A stretch of DNA of 64,000 bases from Eledone cirrhosa (GCA_964016885.1 OZ024761.1:3720001-3784000); one strand, 5' to 3'. Positions 34,268-48,371 are shown, numbered from the stretch's first letter. Numbers and translations: made by a program. The notes: generated by a model from the letters alone, not told the origin.

Positions 34268-35045
34268 ATATGTATGATGCCTGCATACGAACACCAATGT
34301 TACATGGCAGTGAGACTTGGGCATTGTGTGCAGAGGATATATGCAGACTGGAGAGAAACGAAGCTTGCATGCTCCGCTGGATGTGTAATAGTAATATACG
34401 TGAACGGCAAAGCATAAACGAACTAAGGGAGAAATTAGGAATAAGAGGAATCAGATGTTGTTTACTCGAGAGAAGACTACGTTGGTATGGTCATGTGATG
34501 CGCATGAAAGACGACAGCTGTATAAAAAAGTGCAGGGCGATAAAAATAGATGGGAGGCAGACCCAGAAAAACCTGGGACGACTTGATAAATTCCGACCTC
34601 ACACACTTACACCTCTCCAAGACAATGTCACTGGACCGAGATCTTTGGCGTTATACAGTAATAGAGAAGACCCGCCTTACCTAAGTGCAAAGTGAAACCG
34701 ACAGTCAGTAGGCACCTCTAACAAAAATACACCCCCATCTACACCACCCCTTTCAATGTAAAGTTATGTTGGTCCCACAACATCCAGTCCGAAACAAATG
34801 AGGTCGTGTAGGTGTCACGACAAAAAAAACACAGTCCACGCTGTAATGTGGCCGTGTAGGTAACACAGTAAAAACCTCCCAGTCCACACTGTAAACGTGG
34901 TTGGTGTTAGGAAGGGCATCCAGCCGTAGATAACCCACCAGACAGTCCTCTGCGAGTAAGACAACCAGTCTTGCCTCAAGTGGGAAAACTCCTGTCCAAA
35001 CCCATGCAAGCGTGGAATATGGACGTTAAACAATGATGATGATGA
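34268..35045 (+). mobile_element. 5'-truncated RTE-type LINE (family 2)
   Basis: MLHGSETWAL...RRLRWYGHVMRM, 3'UTR and (GAT)n tail. Confidence 0.9.
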
Positions 35046-35070
35046 TATATATATATATAGATAGATATGA

Positions 35071-35445
35071 AGGCACATGGCTTAGTGGTTAGAGCATTGG
35101 GCTTGCAATCAAAAGGTAGTGAATTCAATTCTTGGACTGGGTGATGTGTTGTTTCCTTGAGCAAGACACTTTATTTCACATTGCTCCAGTTTACTCAGCT
35201 GTAGAAATGAGATGATAGGGACTGGGGTCCCTATCATTCCACTGCAAAGTGGTCGTGGAGGTGCCACGGGAAAAAAAGTGCCCAGCACTCACTGTAAATG
35301 AGGTTGGTGTTAGGAAGGGCATCCAGCTGTAGAAATCAAGCCAGAATCAGTTCCTGTATGAGCAAGACAAGGTCAGCTGACTGAACACTGCCCACAACAG
35401 GACAATCCGCCTAATCTATGCTAGCGTGGAAGAATGGACGTAAAA
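35071..35445 (+). mobile_element. tRNA-derived SINE, same family as 31182
   Basis: Highly similar head and body. Confidence 0.85.
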
Positions 35446-35500
35446 AAAAAATAGATATACATATAATATATATCCATATAATATATATATATAGATATTA

Positions 35501-35544
<44 letters not shown>

Positions 35545-35547
<3 letters not shown>

Positions 35548-37914
35548 AAGGCATATTTTTGGGAAGAATATACCCCACAGCATAGGTTAGTCGTTAGTGA
35601 TATCTCAGTAAGCAAGAGATGGAATGAGACATACAGGAAGGTGTGGAGTAGAAAGGTCTGGAAGCTAAAAGACCTTTCACTAAAATACAAATTTAGGAAA
35701 GCCCTTCAAGATGTGTATGACGAAAAAGAAGACGATTTAGAGACGTATGACATAGATAATAACTGGAATTTGTTACGTGACAACTTACTGCAGGTGACTG
35801 ATGAAACTTGTGGTTGGAGCTCAGAGAGTGACCTGGTGGTGGAACAGCACAGTAGATAAGGCCATTAGAGACAAAAGACTAGCATGGAAGGCTTGGAAAA
35901 AGGGTGGGAGAAGGGAAGAATATACAACCGCTAAGAGAGAAGCTAGACGTCAGGTGTACTTAGCACACAGGGAGGCTGAGAGTAGGAAGTTTGCCAGTGT
36001 TCTGCGGCGGGAAGATCAGAGGCGTGCGGTGTTCCACATTGCAAGGCAGTGTGTCAATGCAAATCAGGATGTTGTTGGAGATAAGTGTGTCCAGAATGAT
36101 GCCAGTGTACTTAGTGTCACGAATGGAAATGTCATTATGAGAGACTGATGAATGTGGAGAACGAATGGGAGAGAGAGAAATTACCCTCAGTAGATCCGAC
36201 AGAGGGACCAGCTATTGAGATTGACGAATATAGGGTCCAAGAGGCGATTAAGGAAATGAAAAATGGTAAGGCTGCTGGACCGTCGGGAATAGTTGCTGAG
36301 ATGCTGAAGGCATCAGGGGACGTAGGCACTAAACTGGTTGGACGCATCATCAATCAGGCTATATATGGTGGTGTCATACCCAAAGACTGGTGCAGCAGTA
36401 TTCTCATAAATTGCTACAAAGATAAAGGGGATGCTCTGGAGAGGAGCAATTATAGGGGTATAAAACTGATGCATCAGGTTATGAAAGTGGCAGAAAGGAT
36501 ATTAGCACAACTAATTAGAGAAAGGGTCAAACTAGATGAGATGCAGTTTGGTTTTGTGCCTGGGAAGAGTACAACAGATGGCCTCTTCTTGGTGAGACAA
36601 TTGCAAGAGAGGTTCTTAGAGAAAAATAAGCCACTATACTTAGCCTTTGCTGACCTAGAGAAGGCCTTTGATAGGGTACCTCTATCTGTCATCTGGTGGT
36701 CCCTAAGGAAACTAGGTGTTGAGGAATGGCTTGTGAGGACAGTGCAAATTTGTACAGAGGTACTGTCAGTAAAGTCAGGGTAGGAATGGAGTTTAGTGAG
36801 AAATTCCAGATACAAGTAGGAGTACATCAAGGTTCGGTCCTCAGCCCGCTCTTGTTCATTATAGTCCTCCAAGCCATAACAGAGCAGTTTTAGACTGGCT
36901 GTCCATGGGAACTTCTCTATGCTGATGATCTGGTTCTTATAGCAGAATCAGTAGAGGAGCTAGAGAATACATTCTGGCTATGGAAACAGAAGTTGGAAGC
37001 AAGAGGACTGAGAGTGAACCTAGCTAAGACAAAAGTGTTGATGAGTAGAAAAGAGGACAAAACTCTGATTCCGTCAGGGAAATGGCCATGTTCGATATGC
37101 AGAAAAGGAACTGGCAAAAATTCTATAAAATGCACACAATGCAGATTCTGGGTACACAAGAGATGTAGTGGGATAGCAGGCAAACTAACAGGTAGGGAGA
37201 AATATGTTTGCAGTAGATGTACAGGAAAATTAGACAGTAGAAGTCGCATTGATAGACACATTTTTCAAATGCAGGAGGGTGTTATAGAAGTGGTTGATAG
37301 CTTCCGGGACCTAGGAGATCAGATTAGCATGGGAGGGGGGTGTTCTGAGGCCATAGTATCTAGAATAAGGATGGGTTGGAAGAAGTTTAGGGAGCTGCTT
37401 CCTCTGCTGATGAAGAAGGGTTTCTCCATGCGTGCAAAAGGCCGGTTATATGATGCCTGTGAGAGGAGCGCGATGCTGTATGGTAGTGAGACATGGGCAG
37501 CAACTGCAGAGGATATGCGACGGCTGGAGAGAAATGAGGCAAGCATGCTCCATTGGATGTGCAGTGTCAATGTGCGTGAACAGCCGAGCATGGAACTGTT
37601 GGGAGAGAAACTGTGTCTGAGAGGGATAGAATGTAGTGTACAGGAGAGGAGACTGAGGTGGTATGGACATGTGATGCGCATGGAGGATGACCGATGGGTG
37701 AAGAAGTGCCAAAAAATGCCAGTTGAAGGAAGAAGTGGTAGAGGTAGACCACGAAAAACATGGGTGGAGGTGGTGAGAGCAGACCTCAGATCGCTGAAGC
37801 TCACGGAGGAGATGACGAAGGACCGTGACAAGTGGAGAGATGCTGTGTGCTGAATAAGATCCGTCCCACCCTTGCGAGCAGGGAAGAGCGGACGTAAAAT
37901 GATGATGATGATGA
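35545..37914 (+). mobile_element. Degenerate RTE-type LINE with PHD-like Cys cluster after the RT
   Basis: NYRGIKL, QFGF, DLEKAFD, GVHQGSVLSP, YADD, WPCSICRKG...C..C..WVHKRC...C..C, RGRPRKTW; (GAT)n tail. Confidence 0.95.
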
Positions 37915-38048
37915 TATATATATATATAGATATTATACATATAATATATATCCATATAATATATATATATATATAGATATTATACATATAATATATATCC
38001 ATATAATATATATATATATATATATATTATATACAGAGATACATATCC

Positions 38049-38112
<64 letters not shown>

Positions 38113-38190
38113 TAGATGCGCGCCATCATATAATATATATCCATATAATATATATATATATATATATATTATATACAGAGATACATATCC

Positions 38191-38254
<64 letters not shown>

Positions 38255-38265
38255 TAGATGCGCGC
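37915..38265. repeat. (TA)n-rich tract with internal duplication
   Basis: ggtagatgcgcgccatcat occurs at 38111 and 38253. Confidence 0.85.
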
Positions 38266-38424
38266 CATCATCCACTTTTCTAAAAAACAAATCATACACA
38301 AAATGCCAGCACCAACAGTTTTGCAAGAGATGTCAACATGAATGGACCTGTTATTTTTATCTAAAGACATTTTTTCAAATTCCAACCCATTAAGTTCCCT
38401 CAATCTATCTTATTCCTCATCCTT

Positions 38425-38460
38425 TCTTCTGATGAAGGACTAGCGTCCGAAACGTTAAGA
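38425..38460 (+). ncRNA. Minimal type I hammerhead ribozyme (PLE-type, palindromic AACGTT)
   Basis: tctt-CTGATGA-a-ggac tagc gtcc-GAAA-cg-TT|aaga. Confidence 0.78.
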
Positions 38461-39849
38461 CCTTCTTCCTGCTATTTCAAGCGTTAACCTAATATATACC
38501 TTCCATATACTGTACCGATTGTGTTGTTATTTCTGTTTACCTTTTACATATATATATATATATTTGTTTTATTAATTTTTTCCGGTTATTATGTATTTTC
38601 CGTTTGTTTGTAGATTATATACATTGCAACCCATGTAATTCAAAACACACTTCTTTGTGTGTTTATTTCTATATATATATATAGAGAGAGAGAAATATAT
38701 ATATATATGATATATATATTGTATAATATACATATAATATATATTATATGTATATTATTAGAGACATTTAATATAGAAGGGCATTGGGAGTTTGTAAAAG
38801 ATAATCTACTGAAGGTGACAGATGAGATCTGTGACTTGGTGGTGGAACAATAAGGTAGATGAGACAAGGGACAGGCCAGAAGTAAAGACACTCGAATACT
38901 TAGGAGCGAAGCAGAGGATAAAATATTGATGCATGTTTTGAAGCGTGAGGACCAGAAACAGGAGGTGTTCAGGATTGCGAGGCAACAGGATGGAGAAGGC
39001 GTTTCCCCGAGGATGGTAAGGGAGATGCGCTGGAAGAGCTATTCGATCCCGCGAGGCTCACACCTTTGGCTGGCCAGCTCAGCGCCTATGATGGTGAATA
39101 GGGAGGTAGCCCTAGGGCCAAGGACACCAGAAGTCTCCACTGCCAAGGGCACAACCGCGATGACTCAATTCACTGGTTTTCATTAGATTACATATCTTTG
39201 ACAGTGACTGGCCCTAATAGTTGTTCCAATGTTCAAAAGTGGCCCGCCAATGGATTATGTTGCACACACCTGATGTAGAGAAAGCTTTCTATAGTACCCC
39301 ATTCCATAATCTGGTAGGCTCAGGAAGACAATCAACAGGGGAGGGAATTCACCGGAAAAAAAAAAAAACGAATAAGGGAGGTAACTATTTCAAACGTATT
39401 ACAAGGTCACGTGACGCCCACATTGTAAGAGCGATTAGGGTTAGGAAAGAACTCCTTAAAATGTGTAACCACTAAATACGGGAGGGATCTCCTTAAAACA
39501 TATTAGTTACCCCTCTCAAAGTTTTTAAAATTCAAAAATGTATTGTTATATTTGGGGAGGGACATTGCCGCTGTTTGGTTTGGTTTTCGGTTCAGTATAG
39601 TTTCTTAAATAGCGATTAAAGAGTGTTTTTTTTTTATATTTGCATCACAGGTAAAATTTTACGATAAAACTTGGAACAAAAATTTACGTTTTCAACATTT
39701 CTATTAGCATATTCTGTCTTATAAACATTTAGTAAAATTGTATAAAGTTATATCCTTTAATGTTCTCACAAAATATAACTAAGTTATAAAAGAAAGTGTA
39801 ACAGTTGCCTCTTTTCTTAAATATCGTTTATTTGAGAAGTAGTGTGCAT

Positions 39850-40130
39850 TAGGGACATAGAACCTGTCTTTTATAACGTCTGGTAGACCAGATTGGGGTG
39901 CGTAAGTAGATATAATTTCCATGGTTGTTCTATTTAGAACTAGCTTAATTTTAATGATTCTATCATCCACTCTATTTATGGCAACATAATTCAAACTGTT
40001 GTCATTACAAACCCTGAAAAGTTCATAGCATCGTTTTTTGCCCATAATGAATCTAGCTGACCCTCCCCTCTTGTACACAGCAAACATCAACTTTCTTTCA
40101 TTCAAGCATCTTTATAATCTCACTTTATCG
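39850..40130 (-). mobile_element. LINE apurinic endonuclease fragment
   Basis: RVDDRIIKIKLVL...IISTYAPQSGLPD..KDRFY. Confidence 0.8.
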
Positions 40131-40749
40131 TCCTTCTTCCTAGAAGTCTGATCAAGCTACAGATTTCATTTGCTGCTTTCTGTAGAATATTTTTCAGGAA
40201 TTCCTATTGCTCCTCTATATTGTCTCTATTTGCTCTTCCTTACTGTCAAAAGCATCAAGTAACATACCTCTAAATTTGTTACTGGCTGTGGGGTCTTTCA
40301 ACTGCCATATTCTTCTCCTCAAGTTTGTCCTCTGTCCAAGAGATTGTCTAGCCCCAACTATAAGGTTGCTAACCAATAGGTTATGTTGGGAGGTGCATTC
40401 TTCACCGGGAAGGGACTTAGTATTTGTCAGGAGAATACATGTAGATAGATTAGAAAATAAAAAATAGAAAAGGGGGATGTGTATGTGTTGTGATTAATGT
40501 TTTGAGTATATTGGTGTATATATTAGTGAAATGGTCTATATACACATATGTATGTATATAAATATATACATTGTAATGGTGTCTAAGTGTGTATGGCTGT
40601 ATTAACAATATATATATATCTGTGTGGTTTGTCTGTGTATATATCAAATATAAAAGAAATTATTAGTGACAAATATGTATCTGTTTATTAAAAAAATGAA
40701 ACTCAATTTCAAGGTGGTCATATATATATATATATATATGTGTAATAGT

Positions 40750-41345
40750 AACGTGCGCGAAAAGTGAAGCATAAACGAACTAAGTGGGAAACTAAGCATA
40801 AGAAGTATCAAATGTTATGTTCTGGAGAGGCAATAATAAACAGGAGAGGGCTAAGGACGGAGCCCTGATGAACACCTACCTATACGCTAAATTCTTCACT
40901 ATAGACATTGTTAATTCTAGCCTTGTTGACTGTTTCTCTATACATGACTTGTGCAGCTTTCACAAGCCATTCATCTACTCCTAGTTTTCTAAGAGCCCAC
41001 CAGATAATGGAGCGGCGCACTCTGTCAAAGGCTTTCTCCAAGTCAACAAAAGCTAAGTATAGGGGTTTACTTTTAGCTTGGTACTTCTCCCGCAGTTGTC
41101 TCATGATGAAGAGGGCATCTGTGGTACTTTTATCTGGCACAAATCCAAACTGCATTTCATCAAGGTTAATGAAAGGCAGATTGTACAATGCTTGTATATG
41201 ATAGCAATGTTAAATGGTAGTGAGACCTGGGTACTGTGTGCAGAAGATCTGTGAAGATTGGAAAGAAATGAAGCATGCATGATCTGATGGATGTGTAATA
41301 GTAATATACACGAACAGCAAAGTGTAAACGAACTAAGTGGGAAAT
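40750..41345. mobile_element. Rearranged RTE LINE fragments in both orientations
   Basis: Minus-strand QFGF..STTDA..DLEKAFD (40860-41165) abuts plus-strand MKGRLY...GSETW (41169-41345). Confidence 0.8.
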
Positions 41346-41661
41346 TCAGTTGGTTTTGTCTGTAAAATCTGTCCACCAATTCTCCTTGAGAAATTCTAAC
41401 CACATACCCATAGTATCAGAGCTGTGATCTCTCAATTCAGAGAAGTAGTGGCTCTACCACGAGTGACTCATTGATCTCCAAGTTACGCACTCTATCAAGT
41501 AATGTTACTCTAAAGAGCCTTCGGAGGAACCATTTCGGGGTCTTAGTGATTTGAGGTCAGCTATCACCACCTCTGCCCAAGTCTTCCTTGGTCATCCTCT
41601 ACTGTGGCTTACTTCCACTGGATTTTCCTGGCATTTCTTCACCCAGCAATCATTGTCCATG

Positions 41662-44600
41662 CACATGTCTGTACCAGTGCAGTCTTCTCTCTTGAACATC
41701 ACATCACATGTCTGTACCAGTGCAGTCTTCTCTCTTGTACATCACATCACATGTCTGTACCAGTGCAGTCTTCTTCTTGTACACCACATCACATCTCTGT
41801 ACCAGTGCAGTCTTCTCTCTTGTACACCACATCACATGTCTGTACCAGTGCAGTTTTCTCTCTTGTACATCACATCACATGTCTGTACCAGTGCAGTCTT
41901 CTCTCTTGTACATCACATCACATGTCTGTACCAGTGCAGTCTTCTCTCTTGTACACCACATCACATCTCTGTACCAGTGCAGTCTTCTCTCTTGTACATC
42001 ACATCACATGTCTGTACCAGTGCAGTCTTCTCTCTTGTACACCACATCAGATGTCTGTACCTATGCAGTCTTCTATCTTGTACACCACATCACATGTCTG
42101 TACCAGTGCAGTCTTCTCTCTTGTATACCACATCACATGTCTGTACCAGTGCAGTCTTCTCTCTTGTACATCACATCACATGTCTGTACCAGTGCAGTCT
42201 TCTCTCTTGTACACCACATCACATGTCTGTACCAGTGCAGTCTTATCTCTTGTACACCGCATCATATGTCTGTACCTATGCAGTCTTCTATCTTGTACAC
42301 CACATCACATGTCTGTACCTATGCAGTCTTCTATCTTGTACACCGCATCATATGTCTGTACCTATGCAGTCTTCTCTCTTGTACAACACATCACATCTCT
42401 GTACCAGTGCAGTCTTCTCTCTTGTACATCACATCACATGTCTGTACCAGTGCAGTCTTCTCTCTTGTACACCACATCACATGTCTGTACTTATGGAGCC
42501 TTCTCTCTTGTACATCACATCACATGTCTGTACCAGTGCAGTCTGCTCTCTTGTACACCACATCACATGTCTGTACCAGTGCAGTCTTCTCTCTTGTACA
42601 TCACATGTCTGTACAAGTGCAGTCTTCTCTCTTGTACACCACATCACATGTCTGTACCAGTGCAGTCTTCTCTCTTGTACATCACATCACATGTCTGTAC
42701 CAGTGCAGTCTTCTCTCTTGCACACCACATCACATGTCTGTACCAGTGCAGTCTTCTCTCTTGTACACCACATCACATGTCTGTACCTATGCAGTCTTCT
42801 ATCTTGTACACCACATCACATGTCTGTACCAGTGCAGTCTTCTCTCTTGTACACCACATCACAAGTCTGTACCAGTGCAGTCTTCTCTCCTGTACACCAC
42901 ATCACATGTCTGTACCAGTGCAGTCTTCTCTCCTGCACACCACATCACATGTCAGTTCCAGTGCAGTCTTCTCTCCTGCACACCACATCACATGTCTGTA
43001 CCAGTGCAGTCTTCTCTCTTGTACACCACATCACATGTCTGTACCAGTGCAGTCTTCTCTCCTTTACACCACATCACATGTCTGTACCAGTGCAGTCTTC
43101 TCTACTGTACACCACATCACATGTCTGTACCAGTGCAGTCTTCTCTCCTTTACACCACATCACATGTCTGTACCAGTGCAGTCTTCTCTCCTGCACACCA
43201 CATCACATGTCTGTACCAGTGCAGTCTTCTCTCCTGCACACCACATCACATGTCTGTACCAGTGCAGTCTTCTCTCTTGTACACCACATCACATGTCTGT
43301 ACCAGTGCAGTCTTCTCTACTGTACACCACATCACATGTCAGTTCCAGTGCAGTCTTCTCTCCTGCACACCACGTCACATGTCTGTACCAGTGCAGTCTT
43401 CTCTCCTGCACACCACATCACATGTCTGTACCAGTGCAGTCTTCTCTCCTGCACACCACATCACATGTCAGTTCCAGTGCAGTCTTCTCTCCTGCACACC
43501 ACATCACATGTCTGTACCAGTGCAATCATCTCTACTGTACACCACATCACATGTCTGTACCAGTGCAGTCTTCTCTCCTGCACACCACATCACATGTCAG
43601 TTCCAGTGCAGTCTTCTCTCCTGCACACCACATCACATGTCTGTACCAGTGCAGTCTTCTCTACTGTACACCACATCACATGTCTGTACCAGTGCAGTCT
43701 TCTCTCCTGCACACCACATCACATGTCAGTTCCAGTGCAGTCTTCTCTCCTGCACACCACATCACATGTCTGTACCAGTGCAGTCTTCTCTACTGTACAC
43801 CACATCACATGTCTGTACCAGTGCAGTCTTCTCTCCTGCACACCACATCATATGTCTGTACCAGTGCAGTCTTCTCTACTGTACACCACATCATATGTCT
43901 GTACCAGTGCAGTCTTCTCTCTTGTACACCACATCACATGTCTGCACCAGTGCAGTCTTCTCTACTGTACACCACATCACATGTCTGTACCAGTGCAGTC
44001 TTCTCTCCTGCACACCACATCACATGTCTGCACCAGGGCAGTCTTCTCTCTTGTACACCACATCACATGTCTGTACCAGTGCAGTCTTCTCTCCTGCACG
44101 CCACATCACATGTCTGTACCAGTGCAATCTTCTCTATTGTACACCACATCACATGTCAGTTCCAGTGCAGTCTTCTCTCCTGCACACCACATCACATGTC
44201 TGTACCAGTGCAGTCTTCTCTACTGTACACCACATCACATGTCTGTACCAGTGCAGTCTTCTCTCCTGCACACCACATCACATGTCTGTACCAGTGCAAT
44301 CATCTCTACTGTACACCACATCACATGTCAGTTCCAGTGCAGTCTTCTCTCCTGCACACCACATCACATGTCTGTACCAGTGCAGTCTTCTCTCCTGCAC
44401 ACCACATCACATGTCTGTACCACTGCAGTCTTCTCTCCTGCACACCACATCACATGTCTGTACCAGTGCAATCTTCTCTACTGTACACCACATCACATGT
44501 CAGTTCCAGTGCAGTCTTCTCTCCTGCACACCACGTCACATGTCTGTACCAGTGCAGTCTTCTCTCCTGCACACGACATCATATGTCAGTTCCAGTGCAG

Positions 44601-45010
44601 TCTTCTCTCCTGCACACCACATCACATGTCTGTACCAGTGCAGTCTTCTCTCCTGCACACCACATCACATGTCAGTTCCAGTGCAGTCTTCTCTCCTGCA
44701 CACCACATCACATGTCTGTACCACTGCAGTCTTCTCTCCTGCACACCACATCACATGTCAGTTCCAGTGCAGTCTTCTCTCCTGCACACCACATCACATG
44801 TCTGTACCAGTGCAGTCTTCTCTCCTGCACACCACATCACATGTCTGTACCACTGCAGTCTTCTCTCCTGCACACCACATCACATGTCTGTACCAGTGCA
44901 GTCTTCTCTCCTGCACACCACATCACATGTCTGTACCAGTGCAGTCTTCTCTCCTGCACACCACATCACATGTCTGTACCAGTGCAGTCTTCTCTCCTGC
45001 ACACCACATC
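41662..45010. repeat. 43-bp LINE-derived minisatellite, about 78 copies
   Basis: acatgtctgtaccagtgcagtcttctctc[t/c]tg[t/c]acaccacatc. Confidence 0.97.
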
Positions 45011-45118
45011 AAATTCCTCTTAAACCCAGCTTCTCCCTCAACTCACCCAAGCTCTGCCTTTCTCTCACATTAACATTTCACATCCAATGGAGCATGGTTG
45101 CTTCATTTCTCTAGCCTA

Positions 45119-46228
45119 CACATGTCCTCTGCAGTCACACCCCATGTTTCACTACCATGAAGCACCACATGTCTTCTGCAGCCACAGCCCATGTTTCACT
45201 ACCATGTAGCACCACATGTCCTCTGCAGCCACAGCCTATGTTTCACTACCATGTAGCACCACATGTCCTCTGCAGCCACAGCCTATGTTTCACTGCCATG
45301 TAGCACCACATGTCCTCTGCAGTCACACCCCATGTTTCACTACCATGTAGCACCACATGTCCTCTGCAGCCACAGCCTATGTTTCACTACCATGTAGCAC
45401 CACATGTCCTCTGCAGCCACAGCCTATGTTTCACTACCAGGTAGCACCACATGTCCTCTGCAGCCACAGCCTATGTTTCACTACCATGTAGCACCTCATG
45501 TCCTCTGCAGCCACAGCCTATGTTTCACTACCATGTAGCACCACATGTCCTCTGCAGGCACAGCCTATGTTTCACTACCAGGTAGCACCTCATGTCCTCT
45601 GCAGCCACAGCCTATGTTTCACTACCATGTAGCACCTCATGTCCTCTGCAGCCACAGCCTATGTTTCACTACCATGTAGCACCTCATGTCCTCTGCAGCC
45701 ACAGCCTATGTTTCACTACCATGTAGCACCTCATGTCCTCTGCAGCCACAGCCTATGTTTCACTACCATGTAGCACCACAGCCTATGTTTCACTACCAGG
45801 TAGCACCACATGTCCTCTGCAGCCACAGCCTATGTTTCACTACCATGTAGCACCTCATGTCCTCTGCAGCCACAGCCTATGTTTCACTACCAGGTAGCAC
45901 CACATGTCCTCTGCAGCCACAGCCTATGTTTCACTACCATGTAGCACCTCATGTCCTCTGCAGCCACAGCCTATGTTTCACTACCATGTAGCACCTCATG
46001 TCCTCTGCAGCCACAGCCTATGTTTCACTACCATGTAGCACCACATGTCCTCTGCAGCCACAGCCTATGTTTCACTACCATGTAGCACCTCATGTCCTCT
46101 GCAGCCACAGCCTATGTTTCACTACCAGGTAGCACCACATGTCCTCTGCAGCCACAGCCTATGTTTCACTACCATGTAGCACCTCATGTCCTCTGCAGCC
46201 ACAGCCTATGTTTCACTACCATGTAGCA
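45119..46228. repeat. 47-bp LINE-derived minisatellite, about 23 copies
   Basis: cacatgtcctctgcagccacagcctatgtttcactaccatgtagcac. Confidence 0.97.
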
Positions 46229-46669
46229 TCACGCTTCACATACAGGCGGCATGCAGTCGTCCTTTTGTTGTCAGCAGTGGGAGAAGTTCTCTAAACCTCT
46301 TCTATCCTATCCTTATTCTAGCTATTATATTCTTGGCACACCCTCCTCCGCTGCTAATTAGGTCACCTAGGTAGCAGAAGCTATCAACCACGTCTATGGA
46401 CCCTTCCTGTAACTGGAAAAGCTTTATATTACTGGTGCTCTTCCTCTCAATTTCTCCTGTGTATCTTCTACAAGCAAAGTTCTCCTTTCCCATTAGTCTA
46501 CTTGTTATCTCACTACATCTTTTGTGTAGCCAAGATTTACATTGTGTACATCGTATCGAGTTTATGTCTACTTCTTTTCTACATATTGAGCAGGGTCACT
46601 TCCCTGGGGAAATCTGGGTCCTATCTTCTCTCCTACTCACTAGTACTTTAGTTTTGGCTAAGTATCACA

Positions 46670-47220
46670 ATATCGCATTGCTCTAGGTTGGGCAGCTTTC
46701 AACAAGAATAAGGAAGTACTAAAATCAAAACGAGTTTCCTCTCATTTGAAGGCTAAGATCTTTGATATTTACATCCTACCAGTTGTGTTATATGGTCTTG
46801 ACTGTGTTAATTGGATAAGGTCACTTGAGAAGCTCTCTACATTCCAGAACCACATCAAGAGACTTATGAATGGCAAGTGGCTCAGCGACCGTATCTGTAT
46901 CAGTTAGCTGCTCAACATTACCAAACTTAGACCAATTACATCAATTGTCAAGTCAAGAGTACTCAAACTATACGGCCATATAAAAATATCAATTCGTGGT
47001 GTGAGTAGGTTATGCCTGGAAGGAAGGTTGGCTGGTAAGAGAAGCAGAGACTGGCAGACAAAACGATGGCTTGATAATATCAACTTATGGACTGCACTTG
47101 ATCTTTGCTCTTTAAACTCTGCTGTTGGTGATCGAATTTTGTGGAGGGAGATATCACATGTTGATGCAGTCTGCAACTGACGGAGTTTAACGTCACAAAC
47201 AACAACAACAACAACACACA
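46670..47220 (+). mobile_element. 3' fragment of another RTE-like LINE with (CAA)n tail
   Basis: KAKIFDIYILPVVLYGLDC, LKLYGHI, LEGRLAGKRSR...KRWLDNI. Confidence 0.75.
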
Positions 47221-47516
47221 CACATATATATATATCTAAAACAGAGAATGTCTGTCTGTTTGTCCGATCACTAAAACTCGAGAACCACCCAACCGATTGT
47301 TTTCAAACTTTACACATGTAATACGTATGGTCCTGTGAGTGTTCTGAGAAGAAAAAAATTTCAAATTTTCACTGCCCTAGGGACCGCATTAGGCGATTTA
47401 GCGATCTCTCTATAATTCTTAGTCTTTCTCTTTTTAGATAGATACATAGATATAACGTTGTGCCCTTATAGTATCTGTCTGTATGTCTGGTGTCTGCATT
47501 ACGACATTATGATGCG

Positions 47517-47578
<62 letters not shown>

Positions 47579-47687
47579 GTGTAACGTTTTTCGAAATATT
47601 TCTACGTTCACAGATTGATTTTTTTAGTTTCAGAAGATCCCGTTAAGAGTGAAAGCAGAGATTCTTTGCTTAAACTTTAATCGGTTA

Positions 47688-47755
<68 letters not shown>

Positions 47756-47948
47756 ATAATTATATATTTGTGTACAGATAATTTTGCATACACAATAACA
47801 AAATATAAACAAAAGTATTTATTTCGTGATAAAGTATTGATTTTCTTCGTACGGAAAAAACCCCTGGTAATCTACGAAGAACTTTTTTTATAAGTACAAA
47901 ATGTAGACATCATCCCGAGGCCGAGGTATTCCGTACTGCTCTGTACTG

Positions 47949-48028
<80 letters not shown>

Positions 48029-48315
48029 GTGTACAGATATTTTTGCATACACAATAACAAAATATAAACAAACATATTTATTTCACAAGGCTCAATAAGG
48101 ACAAATATATATAAAATATATAAGAACCCTAGAGCGAATCCCGGTGTGTGTATGTGTGTATATATATATGTATATATAGTGTGTGTATATATATATATAT
48201 ATAGTGTGTAACGTTTTTCGAAATATTTACTTCTGCGTTCACAGATTGATTTATTTAGTTTCAAAAGATCCCGTTAAGGGTGAAAGCAGCGATTATTTGC
48301 TTAAACTTTAATCTG

Positions 48316-48371
<56 letters not shown>

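Larger units (their letters stand above)
41530..46665 (-). mobile_element. RTE LINE fragment inflated by two internal minisatellites
   Basis: Collinear LINE sequence at 41530-41660, 45011-45120 and 46229-46665 (DSFCYLGD..SSGGGC). Confidence 0.88.

Noticed and set aside
39370-39820. Possible DNA transposon bounded by gggaggtaact / agttgcctc
   Set aside because: Terminal match too short and no convincing TSD.
41551-45114. Cys/His-rich ORFs of about 1100-1200 aa resembling zinc-finger arrays
   Set aside because: Translation of a 43-bp tandem repeat that is antisense LINE sequence.
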